From: an uncultured Planctomycetia bacterium | Lineage (GTDB): Bacteria > Omnitrophota > Gorgyraeia > Duberdicusellales > 4484-171 | DNA: 64,000 nt | Direction of reading: 5' to 3' | Assembly: GCA_964489445.1 (NCBI GenBank) | Contig: CAZAYU010000001.1 | Span: 4,394-68,393 of the forward strand | In this document: positions 9,237 to 18,135 of the stretch, in pieces | Layout: each line of letters starts with the position of its first letter | Position numbering within the stretch: position 1 is the stretch's first letter | The notes under the pieces: model-generated | What the model was told of the DNA's origin: nothing | What the model saw: the letters and a program-made list of their open reading frames with translations, nothing else | The model's database searches: none | Translations under genes and position numbers: made by a program

Positions 9237-9250
9237 AGGGAGATTTAAAC

Positions 9251-10924
9251 ATGAAGACAATTAAGTCATTTATTTTAATTCTAGTATTTTTTCTAATGGT
9301 TTTACCATCTGCATTTGCTAAGATTGAAGCCAATTTACTTAAACCACAAGATTTTCTTGGTGGACCTTCGAAAAAGCAAAAAATAAGAAAAACAATTACC
9401 AAACTTGAGCAAGCAATCAGCGAAGATCCAGATAACTATGAACTTTATGAGATGCTTGCTTTTGTTTGTGATCGGGGAAGGTTTTATGAAAAATCTCTGG
9501 AAGCACTTAAGCAGACGATAAAATATTATCCTGAAGGAGAAAAAGGGTTAGATATACTTTACGGAAATATTGCGAGAACATATATTATTCTTGATCGTTT
9601 AGATGAAGCCAAGCCGATTATTGATAAATCTTTAGAACTTAATTCTAAAAACATTGTTAACCATATAATTTTAGTAGAATACTATGTTTTAAAGAATAAG
9701 TATAAAGAAGCAGCCTTGGAATTAAAGCTGTTGACTGAACTTGATGAAACAGTAGATTTCTATCACGAGCTTTATGCTTCTAAGCTAGATAAGGGAGAGA
9801 AATATGATAACTTGGTAGCACTTTTTAGAGAAGCAGTTGCTGTTAATCCTGGAAGTCATTTATCGCATAGAACATTAGGGACAGCTATAAGAAATTCAGT
9901 AAATAATTTTGAGGAAAATTTTCCTTTGGCAATGGCGGAATACGAAAAAGCTTTGGAGATAGACCCAAAGTATTTACCCACATATATTAGCGTAGGTGAT
10001 GCCTATATGTTACTTGCCGTAAAAACAGAAAATAGAGAATATTTTGAGGATGCTTTAGCCTGGTTGAATAAAGGCAGTGAAATTGATCCTGGTAATGCAA
10101 GGATTGCCTATGTAATTGGTGAAGTATACTTTAGAATGGAAAATTACGATGAAGCTGCAAAGAAATTGGAATATGCTATAAATGAAGGGATAGATGAACC
10201 AAGGATAATTAATATGTTAGCAGTAGCCTGCAATAATAAAGCATATGCTTTATATGCCGAAGGAAAAAAATTAGATCAAGCTTTAGAATTAATAAATAAG
10301 GCACTCAGATTAAATCCAAAAGACGGAATTAGCTTAGGAACAAAAGCGGAGATTTTGTATAAGCTGGAAAGGTATGAAGAAGCTTATGAATATATTAAAA
10401 GAGCTTTGGTCTTAGAACCAGACTATGAAGAAATGAAGCAAGATTTAGTGAATATTGAAGAGGCTATGAAGTGGGATACTGGTAAAGAAGCCCGAGAAAT
10501 TGCCATTGAGAAAGGTATTCTACCGAAGAATATAGATGAAGCAGTTATTAAAGATTTGCTTGAAAGAAAAGATGTTCTTTCGCTATGGTTGATAGCCGAT
10601 AGATTGAAAAAAATTAGGATAGTAGATCGCATGAAAGCATTAGCCTATGAAGATGGAGTAATCATTAGGAGTCATTCGGAGTATTACGTAGAAGAGATTA
10701 ATAAAGGTCTTTACACCTCAATAAAAAACGAAGATAAGCACAACAACATGGCTAATCCAGTAGAATTTGTTTTTAAACTTATTGCGCTTGAACAAGGAGA
10801 TTACGATAATGGTATGGGTAAAGTAGAAGCGCTCAGAGATTATGCTGGAGATGAGCTGTTTGAGTGGTATAAAACGATGTGTCCAAAGAAGTATCAGTAT
10901 TTAGTTGAGATGGATAAACAATAG
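9251..10924 (+). CDS. Secreted multi-TPR protein
   Basis: Signal peptide ending AFA and many TPR motifs (YEKALEIDP, ALRLNPKD, ALVLEPDY). Confidence 0.88.
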   Translation: MKTIKSFILILVFFLMVLPSAFAKIEANLLKPQDFLGGPSKKQKIRKTITKLEQAISEDPDNYELYEMLAFVCDRGRFYEKSLEALKQTIKYYPEGEKGLDILYGNIARTYIILDRLDEAKPIIDKSLELNSKNIVNHIILVEYYVLKNKYKEAALELKLLTELDETVDFYHELYASKLDKGEKYDNLVALFREAVAVNPGSHLSHRTLGTAIRNSVNNFEENFPLAMAEYEKALEIDPKYLPTYISVGDAYMLLAVKTENREYFEDALAWLNKGSEIDPGNARIAYVIGEVYFRMENYDEAAKKLEYAINEGIDEPRIINMLAVACNNKAYALYAEGKKLDQALELINKALRLNPKDGISLGTKAEILYKLERYEEAYEYIKRALVLEPDYEEMKQDLVNIEEAMKWDTGKEAREIAIEKGILPKNIDEAVIKDLLERKDVLSLWLIADRLKKIRIVDRMKALAYEDGVIIRSHSEYYVEEINKGLYTSIKNEDKHNNMANPVEFVFKLIALEQGDYDNGMGKVEALRDYAGDELFEWYKTMCPKKYQYLVEMDKQ

Positions 10925-10970
10925 AGGGTTGCTTTGGGCCATAAGTAAAAGGCTGTGGATGATCTAGTGA

Positions 10971-10996
10971 CCAGGCGTCCTATTTGGGTACACCCT
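10971..10996 (+). repeat. 26-bp site, R orientation
   Basis: ccaggcgtcctatttgggtacaccct, starting 47 bp after the TPR gene stop. Confidence 0.9.
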
Positions 10997-11120
10997 GCTA
11001 CCATGACAAAACCTAAGTAATATCCACGCTAAAAATAGCTTGAAGTTATCGTTTAGAAACATACACTGTGGATAAGAGGGAAAATGCAAGAAACAAGACT
11101 TGACCACGTTTTTCCATTCA

Positions 11121-11384
11121 GCAATAACTAATTTCTAAGGATCGGTAAAATTCCCGGCGTGAATTTTTCCTGGCACTTCAGTTTTAAAAATCTCTCGCCC
11201 TAACAGGCTCAAGATACCATGCTTTTAAAGCTTCAGAGCCTCCTTTTAAAATTGTTATTGCCTCAAGGTGCAATTTCCTCTTTAAATATACTCTTGTGTG
11301 TTTCTTAGATTTGATGTATATTTTGATTATGTGTCTAGGATATATTATTGAGTTTAGTAAGGTGTACCTAAATAGAACGACTGT
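11121..11384 (+). repeat. Spacer copy 3 (3' half) plus L site (11359-11384)
   Basis: 11121-11324 matches 12756-12959 at 197/204 by eye. aaggtgtacctaaatagaacgactgt matches the inverted consensus at 22/26. Confidence 0.92.
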
Positions 11385-11403
11385 AGATAGTTAAATTTGC
11401 CTA

Positions 11404-11995
11404 ATAGGGTGGAGAGCAAAGTGTTTGAACCCTATTAGGGACACTATTAACCATGAATATAGCAAAGCTTGATGCTGCTAAGCGACAGTTAGATACTGCT
11501 ATCAATTTATTTTTTAAAGAAGCTGACTCAGTTTCAATGCATACCCTAACTGCTGCTGCTCATCAAATATTAATGGATTTAGCTAAATTAAAAGGGGCAA
11601 TGTCTTTTATAAAAACCCCGACACTGATTAAAAAGGAAATGCAGAAAAAATATCTTTATGTGATTAATGAAGCAGAAAATTTTTTTAAACATGCAGCAAA
11701 AGATTCAGATAAATTATTGGAATTTAATCCTGAACAGACTGAATTTTTATTGTTAGATGCGGTGGAAATGTATACGCAATTAACCAAGGAAGCCCCTGAA
11801 GATATGTCTATATATAGAATGTGGTTTTTCATAAAACATCCTGAAATTATTAGCGATGAAACTCGTAAGGGAATAGAGGCTAAAAACCTTAGCATTCAAA
11901 AATACAGGGCGATGCATAAGCTAAAATTTTACACAAAGATGAAAGACTCTTTTATGTATAGGGCGGAGAACAAAGTGTTCAAGTCCTATTCGGGA
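11404..11995 (+). repeat. 38-bp imperfect direct repeats with palindromic ends (11404-11441 and 11958-11995)
   Basis: atagggtggagagcaaagtgtttgaaccctattaggga versus atagggcggagaacaaagtgttcaagtcctattcggga, 31/38 identical. Confidence 0.8.
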
Positions 11996-12019
11996 ATTTT
12001 ATTTTATGATTATTTGTGA
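11453..12019 (+). CDS. Hypothetical all-helical protein
   Basis: 188 aa ORF with AAKRQLDTAINLFF and NFFKHA motifs; function not recognised. Confidence 0.75.
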   Translation: MNIAKLDAAKRQLDTAINLFFKEADSVSMHTLTAAAHQILMDLAKLKGAMSFIKTPTLIKKEMQKKYLYVINEAENFFKHAAKDSDKLLEFNPEQTEFLLLDAVEMYTQLTKEAPEDMSIYRMWFFIKHPEIISDETRKGIEAKNLSIQKYRAMHKLKFYTKMKDSFMYRAENKVFKSYSGILFYDYL

Positions 12020-12037
12020 GTAAAAAAGGAGGAGCTA

Positions 12038-12556
12038 ATGGCTAATCTAAAGGATCGTATTATTCGGGCGGCTAAGTTGGATGTTAATCTCTATGAAGAA
12101 GTTGAGGCTGACAAGGGAGCATTCTGGCAGGCCATGACTGTTGTTGTTCTTTCCAGTATCGCAGCCGGAATAGGCAGCATCACGAAAGTTGGGCTTGGCG
12201 GAATTCTTATCTTGACAATTGCATCCCTTGTTGGATGGTATCTCTGGGCATTACTTACTTATTTTATTGGCACCAAGCTCCTTCCTGAACCTCAGACGAA
12301 AGCAGACATAGGTGAATTATTGCGGACTATCGGTTTTTCAAGTTCTCCTGGTTTAATTCGAGTGTTTGGTATTATCCCAGGATTAGGAATAATAGTTTAT
12401 CCTGCAGCGTTAATATGGATGTTGGTAGCAATGATTATCGCGGTGAGACAGGCTCTCGATTACAAAAGCACTTTACGAGCTATCGGGGTTTGCGTAATCA
12501 GCTGGGTTATTCAAATGCTAATTCTTATTTTTCTGTTTGGACTAAAACCAGCCTAA
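12038..12556 (+). CDS. YIP1-family membrane protein
   Basis: AAGGAGG RBS, YEEVEAD N-terminal motif, 5 TM segments, AVRQALDY. Confidence 0.8.
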   Translation: MANLKDRIIRAAKLDVNLYEEVEADKGAFWQAMTVVVLSSIAAGIGSITKVGLGGILILTIASLVGWYLWALLTYFIGTKLLPEPQTKADIGELLRTIGFSSSPGLIRVFGIIPGLGIIVYPAALIWMLVAMIIAVRQALDYKSTLRAIGVCVISWVIQMLILIFLFGLKPA

Positions 12557-12578
12557 TATATATGCAAGAGCAGATTTG

Positions 12579-12989
12579 CCAGACGTCCTATTTGGGTACA
12601 CCCTGCTACTAAAGACAATGAATTCTGACGAGGCTCTGTCCAATTCAGAGTCCGTAAAGATATTTTATCGATATCCAGAGGCGAGAGGGTAAATAGCTTT
12701 TCGCAATTTGCATCATCACCCCACTAAAACGGTTAATTATTCCATTGTTTTTTCGGCAATAACTAATTTCTAAGGATCGGTAAAATTCCCAGCGCGAATT
12801 TTTCCTGGCACTTCAGTTTTAAAAATCTCTCACCTTAACAGGCTTAAGATACCATGCTTTTAAAGCTTCAGAGCCTCCTTTTAAAATTGTTATTGCCTCA
12901 AGGTGCAATTTCCTCTTTAAATATAATCTTGTGTGTTTCTTATATTTGATGTATATTTTTGTTAGGGTGTACTCAAATAAGACGTTTGT
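12579..12989 (+). repeat. Complete spacer unit (copy 4) bounded by inverted 26-bp sites
   Basis: Starts with ccagacgtcctatttgggtacaccct (12579-12604) and ends with agggtgtactcaaataagacgtttgt (12964-12989). The interior is homologous to copies 1-3. Confidence 0.93.
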
Positions 12990-13026
12990 GGTTTTTGTCT
13001 AATATTAATCAAAATGGAGGTATCTT

Positions 13027-13374
13027 ATGAATGATGTAAAAGATATGATAGAAAAAATTAAAAAATTTAGAGATGATAGGGACTGGATGCAATTCCATGA
13101 CCCCAAGAATATGGCTGTTTCAATAATTTTAGAAGCTTCCGAGCTACTAGAACATTTCCAATGGAAGACTATTAAAGAAGTAGATGAATGCGCAAAACAA
13201 AATCAAGATGAGATTCAAGATGAAATTGCTGACATCGCTTTATATCTTTTTGAGATGGCAGATAATTTAGGAATAGACTTAATTAAAGCCATGGAAAAAA
13301 AGTTAGCAAAAAATGAAAAAAAATATCCAGTAAGCAAGGCTCGGGGGAAACATACTAAATACAATAGACTATGA
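13027..13374 (+). CDS. MazG-like nucleotide pyrophosphohydrolase (dCTPase-like)
   Basis: FRDDRDWMQFHDPKN, EASELLEHFQW, EIADIALYL and NEKKYP motifs. Confidence 0.92.
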   Translation: MNDVKDMIEKIKKFRDDRDWMQFHDPKNMAVSIILEASELLEHFQWKTIKEVDECAKQNQDEIQDEIADIALYLFEMADNLGIDLIKAMEKKLAKNEKKYPVSKARGKHTKYNRL

Positions 13375-15755
13375 TAGTTTACAGTAGTACAGTCAAAAAG
13401 TTTATTAATGATATTTGTGAGAATAGAATTGATGAAGAAATTGATAGATCTTGCTTAAAAGCTCTTGGGCGTAGCTTTTTAAAGAGGGAAGGAAAAGCGT
13501 GGCGTAATTCTTTAGGATATATGGAAAGGGTTGTCCAAAAGGCCGACCTACCCGATGATTGCGGTGTTTTGATAGAGTACACTATTCCATCAACATTCAA
13601 GCGAATTGATTTTATTGTTTCTGGCAAAGACGAGCAAGGTAATAACAACTTTATTATCGTTGAGTTGAAGCAGTGGGAAACAGCTTCAAGTACCCATAAG
13701 GATTCAGTTGTCACTACTTTGTTGGGAGGTTGTCCTAATTGCGAAACTACACACCCATCGTATCAAGCTTATTCATACAAGATGTTTATGAAAGATTTTA
13801 ATGAAAATGTTTACAAAGGTAGTTTGTTGCCTTTTTCGTGTGCTTACCTTCATAATTACATTGAAGGGAATCCGGAGCCTTTGAGAGAAGAGGCATACGA
13901 AGAAATAGTTTCTGATACCCCGGTATTTTTTAAGCATGATAGCGAAAAGTTATCTAATTTTCTTAAAAAACACGTTGGCAAAGGTTTTGGCGAGACTATC
14001 TTGTATGAAATCGAAGCGGGTAGAATTCGTCCTAGTAGGAAGCTGATAGATCATGTTTGTGAAATGTTTAAAGGTAATAAATCGTTTATATTGATTGATG
14101 ATCAAAAAATTGCTTACGAGAAAGCAGTCGACTCAGCATTGCATGCTACAAAAAAATCAGTTTTAATAATAAAAGGTGGACCAGGAACGGGTAAGTCCGT
14201 TATTTCGATGAATGTTTTGGGCGGTATTTTAAGCGGTGAAAAGAATGTTGCTTTTGTCGCGCCTAATGCGTCATTTAGAAATGTTTTGCTTCAAAGTCTA
14301 GCGAAAGAGAATAAGTCCGCAAGGATTAAGCATTTGTTCAAAGGTTCGGCTTGTTTCCATGATGTGGAGCAGCATACCTATGATGTTTTGATTGTGGATG
14401 AAGCTCATCGATTAAAAAACAAATCAGCATATCAATATCAAGGCGATAATCAGGTTGAGGATTTAATTAAGTCGTCTTTTGTTACTATTTTCTTTATTGA
14501 TGATAACCAAAGGATTAGGCCTGAAGATATCGGAACGGTAGAGGAGCTAAAACGTGTAGCAAGTAAATACACTGCTAACGTTGAGGTGATTGAACTCACA
14601 GCTCAATTTAGATGTTCTGGCACGGAAGGCTATGTCAATTGGCTAGATGATGTTTTGCATATCCGGCAAACTGCTAATTATGATGGATGGAATCAGAAAG
14701 AGTTTGATTTTAAAATTTGTGCTACACCGCAAGAGTTACATTCGAGAATAAAACAGAAAAATCATGAAAGATTTAACGCTAGAATGTTAGCAGGGTATGC
14801 ATGGAGTTGGACCGCTAAGGATGAAGGTAACAATAACGCTCAGGCAAATGATGTGAATATAGATGAACACGGTTTTGCTTTGCCCTGGAATTCTAGATCA
14901 ATGCGTACAAGCTGGGCGATTGAAAAAGACGGAGTTAATCAGGTTGGTTGCATTCATACCTCGCAGGGCTTAGAGTTTGACTATGTTGGGGTTATTGTCG
15001 GCAAAGATTTAGTTTTTAACTCAGATAATTGCGAATATTCGGCAGATTGGCAAAACTACAAAGATATGGCGGGTAAGAAGGGGCTGAGAGAAGATCTTGC
15101 ACAATTGAGCGTACTTATAAGAAACATTTATAAAACATTAATGACACGTGGAATGAGGGGGTGTTATGTCTATTTTTGTGATAAAAATGTAGAGCACTAT
15201 TTTAAACAAAGGTTAGATACTGTTACACAAAGCAAAAAATTAGTGCTTTCCGATATTGTTCCTGAAAAAGATCAGTTAACAACCGAACAAGATATCGCAG
15301 ATAGGTTGAAGTATACAGAATATTTACCAGTTTATTCTCTTGAAGCAGCTGCGGGTAAGTTTGGCGAAGGCATGGATACATATGAAAATGGCTGGATAAA
15401 AACTAACATTAATAAAAAATTAAATAAATGCATGTTTGTAATTAAAGTAGTTGGCCATTCAATGGAGCCATTAATACCAGATAATAGCTATTGTATTTTC
15501 AGAACAGGTGTTGAAGGAACGAGAAATAATAAAATAGTTTTAGTTCAACATCAAGGTATTGCCGATAGCGATACTAGTGGAAAATATACAGTCAAAAAGT
15601 ATAGCAGTAAGAAAACATCTAAGGATGATGGCGATGCTTGGGAACATGAGGAGATAATACTTTCACCTTTAAATGGTGATTATGAGCCAATGGTTATAAA
15701 AAATTCTGAGGAAGGGGACTTCAAAGTTATTGCTGAATTCATTACAGTGCTTTGA
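13371..15755 (+). CDS. DUF2075 (Schlafen group-3 type) SF1 helicase with N-terminal PD-(D/E)xK-like nuclease and C-terminal S24 peptidase domain
   Basis: RIDF...VELKQW, Walker A GGPGTGKS, VDEAHR, QFRC, HTSQGLEFDY and LMTRG. C-terminus has EAAAG, VGHSMEP and TVKK. Overlaps the MazG-like stop (ATGA). Confidence 0.88.
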   Translation: MIVYSSTVKKFINDICENRIDEEIDRSCLKALGRSFLKREGKAWRNSLGYMERVVQKADLPDDCGVLIEYTIPSTFKRIDFIVSGKDEQGNNNFIIVELKQWETASSTHKDSVVTTLLGGCPNCETTHPSYQAYSYKMFMKDFNENVYKGSLLPFSCAYLHNYIEGNPEPLREEAYEEIVSDTPVFFKHDSEKLSNFLKKHVGKGFGETILYEIEAGRIRPSRKLIDHVCEMFKGNKSFILIDDQKIAYEKAVDSALHATKKSVLIIKGGPGTGKSVISMNVLGGILSGEKNVAFVAPNASFRNVLLQSLAKENKSARIKHLFKGSACFHDVEQHTYDVLIVDEAHRLKNKSAYQYQGDNQVEDLIKSSFVTIFFIDDNQRIRPEDIGTVEELKRVASKYTANVEVIELTAQFRCSGTEGYVNWLDDVLHIRQTANYDGWNQKEFDFKICATPQELHSRIKQKNHERFNARMLAGYAWSWTAKDEGNNNAQANDVNIDEHGFALPWNSRSMRTSWAIEKDGVNQVGCIHTSQGLEFDYVGVIVGKDLVFNSDNCEYSADWQNYKDMAGKKGLREDLAQLSVLIRNIYKTLMTRGMRGCYVYFCDKNVEHYFKQRLDTVTQSKKLVLSDIVPEKDQLTTEQDIADRLKYTEYLPVYSLEAAAGKFGEGMDTYENGWIKTNINKKLNKCMFVIKVVGHSMEPLIPDNSYCIFRTGVEGTRNNKIVLVQHQGIADSDTSGKYTVKKYSSKKTSKDDGDAWEHEEIILSPLNGDYEPMVIKNSEEGDFKVIAEFITVL

Positions 15756-15798
15756 TTTTTTATGAAACGCGAATATTATTCTGCTACAATTTCAATTA

Positions 15799-15824
15799 CC
15801 AGACGTCCTATTTAGGTGCACCCT
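15799..15824 (+). repeat. 26-bp site, R orientation
   Basis: ccagacgtcctatttaggtgcaccct, starting 44 bp after the helicase stop. Confidence 0.92.
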
Positions 15825-15915
15825 ACAAAAAATAACACCTTTTTTAATTAAATTTAATCTCTTTTTGGTTTCTAGTTTGCTTTAAATCTTGGAATACTTA
15901 AAGCAAATTGCTTTA

Positions 15916-15944
15916 TTGACTGCTTTTTAAATGGTATGTATAAT
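15916..15944 (+). promoter_or_regulatory. Putative sigma70 promoter
   Basis: TTGACT-N17-TATAAT. Confidence 0.65.
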
Positions 15945-15962
15945 CATTAGTTTAATACGCTT

Positions 15963-17546
15963 ATGAAAGATAGCTCAAAACGAATAATTTGTAGCATTTT
16001 AGCCTTCCAGCTATTCTGTTTTAATCAACACGCCATAGCCTATGCGGCCACCCAGATTACAAAAAAAACAAAAGCCCCTAGGATTCGTATTTATGATGCT
16101 CCGGATGCTGAAAATAAATTCTACAAAGGGGATTTTGACGGTGCAGCATTTATCTTTGATGCCTTAGGACAAAAGAAAGATAAAAATTTCGCCCTTTTTA
16201 ATAATCAATTAGGCTCTATATATTTAGCTAAAGGTGATTACGAAAAAGCCTTAGACTCTTTTCTTAAAGCCTATTATCTAATGAATGATATATCAGCTTT
16301 TACGAATTTAGAATCAGGGTCTGTTTCTTTATTCGGTAGTGAGGCAAAAAAGGCTTATAAGGGCGATCCTTATGAAAAGGTTTTTAATTCTTTATATGTT
16401 GGCCTACTGCTTGCAGACAAAGGGGATTTTGATAATGCGCTGGCAGCTTTTAAAAATGGAATATTGTGTGATTCTGACGTAGCAGCAGAGCTATACCGAA
16501 GTGACGTTTTTTCATTATATCTTTTTGCGGCTAGATTTACTTTAAAGCAAAATAATCCATCATTAAGTAAAGATTATTTTAATAAGGCCATAGAGGCTTA
16601 TCGTTTAGCATCTCCTTTAAATAGTTCCCTGGTCTCGCAAGAGCAGGCATTAGTTACTTTATTGTATGAAAAACAAGAGGAGTTTGAAAAGCTAGAAAAC
16701 ACCGGAGAACTTTCTAAGCCAGGAAATAATGAAGGCATGTTTGTTTCAGGATCTGACAATGGCTCCAATGAGAATAAAGGAACGGAAAAAGTCTATGGCA
16801 AAAAAACACTTGAAAAGATGGAAGTACTTTCTGGGGAAATAGGAGAACTTGACAAAAATATAAAAAATCTATCAAGCCAAAGAGAAGAGAACAACAGAAA
16901 TATAGATATTTCTATTCTTAAGCCATTTATCGACTTAGAAAATAACACATTTTTATGTCTTGAGATTGGACGAGGACCACTAAAATACCAAATTGGCCAG
17001 TATGGTCAATTAGCGGTATTTACTGTTAAGCCTCACGGGATCAACGCGGTTAAAATTTTTGTAGACGATAAAGAAGTGAATACGAATTTGCTTTCGTCAA
17101 ATAATGATGTTTTTTTTCAGGCAACAACAAGAGGCGGAAGAGAAATGGATAGTATTCTTAAAGGACAAGCTAAGTTTAAGCAAACTACAGCCGAGACGTC
17201 TTTAGCGTTTATTCGAACGTCACAAAATATGCAAAACCAGGCTAACCAGATGGCTTCGACAAACCCTAACTATGATGCATCAGGACAGTATGCCGCAGCA
17301 GGAGTGATAGCCTTAGCCGGCCTTATAATAGCGTTAACGAGTGCAGCAGCTAATCCTGTTGCAGATGTAAGACATTGGAGCCTTTTGCCGGGAAACATGG
17401 TTATTTTACCTTTTTCTTTAGGGTCCGGTACACATAGTATTAAAATCGAGTGTTATAATAATGAGTCTACTCTTTCGGATAGTTTGGAACTTGGCATTAA
17501 TGTAAGAGAGGACAAAGATAATTTTATATTTAAAAGAATTTTTTAG
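15963..17546 (+). CDS. Secreted TPR protein, COG3014-like
   Basis: Signal peptide, TPRs, YKGDPYEKV and ADVRHWSLLP motifs; sits upstream of LpoB-like and YcfL-like genes. Confidence 0.7.
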   Translation: MKDSSKRIICSILAFQLFCFNQHAIAYAATQITKKTKAPRIRIYDAPDAENKFYKGDFDGAAFIFDALGQKKDKNFALFNNQLGSIYLAKGDYEKALDSFLKAYYLMNDISAFTNLESGSVSLFGSEAKKAYKGDPYEKVFNSLYVGLLLADKGDFDNALAAFKNGILCDSDVAAELYRSDVFSLYLFAARFTLKQNNPSLSKDYFNKAIEAYRLASPLNSSLVSQEQALVTLLYEKQEEFEKLENTGELSKPGNNEGMFVSGSDNGSNENKGTEKVYGKKTLEKMEVLSGEIGELDKNIKNLSSQREENNRNIDISILKPFIDLENNTFLCLEIGRGPLKYQIGQYGQLAVFTVKPHGINAVKIFVDDKEVNTNLLSSNNDVFFQATTRGGREMDSILKGQAKFKQTTAETSLAFIRTSQNMQNQANQMASTNPNYDASGQYAAAGVIALAGLIIALTSAAANPVADVRHWSLLPGNMVILPFSLGSGTHSIKIECYNNESTLSDSLELGINVREDKDNFIFKRIF

Positions 17547-17556
17547 ATTATAAAAA

Positions 17557-18120
17557 ATGGTAACTATGGGAAAGAAGTCAGTTGTAGTTTTGTTGTTAAT
17601 TAGTTGTTTATTCTTTGCTGGATGTGCAAACGGCCGAATTCTATTGAGAAAAGGACAAAAAGAGCTAAAGCTAGATACCGATGAGGGCGGTGTGATCTTT
17701 TCTCTGGCAATTGTCGGATCTGCTACCTTTGCCCCCCATAGTATAACAATACAAGAAATAAACCAGTACAAGGAATACACAAAGAAGAAACTTGAAAGTA
17801 TACCGCTTGTCGATGCATCAGACAATCTGTATTTGTATCATTTAAAGCTTCCCAACGGAACTTACAGATTAGTTTCATTCTATGGTTGGCTTGGTGGATT
17901 TTTTGGAAAGTATCAATTTATGCCTTGTGATAAAATATTTGATGTTCCAGCCGAGGAAATCACCTATTTGGGAAGAATTGAGACAAATATATATTCTCAA
18001 GGTAATTCTTGGAATAATGAAATATTAGTGTTAGATTATTACAAAGAAGATACTAAAGCTTTCTTGGGTAAGTATCCAATACTAACGGAGCAAAAAATTA
18101 ATAAAGATTTGTTCTATTAA
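17557..18120 (+). CDS. Hypothetical lipoprotein
   Basis: Lipobox FAGC; beta-rich body with LPNGTYRL and EITYLGRI. Confidence 0.75.
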   Translation: MVTMGKKSVVVLLLISCLFFAGCANGRILLRKGQKELKLDTDEGGVIFSLAIVGSATFAPHSITIQEINQYKEYTKKKLESIPLVDASDNLYLYHLKLPNGTYRLVSFYGWLGGFFGKYQFMPCDKIFDVPAEEITYLGRIETNIYSQGNSWNNEILVLDYYKEDTKAFLGKYPILTEQKINKDLFY

Positions 18121-18135
18121 AAAAGGAAGGTAACT

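Noticed and set aside
10954-11075. DnaA boxes (perfect TGTGGATAA at 11067 plus two weak matches) as a replication origin
   Set aside because: Only one perfect box, with no dnaA or rep gene or box cluster nearby. Compatible with chance.
11309-11338. Xer dif/pdif-like site (atttgatgtatattttgattatgtgtcta and equivalents)
   Set aside because: Poor match to the XerD arm (ATTTAACATAA), and the second arm is not conserved between copies. It is better explained as a -10 region.
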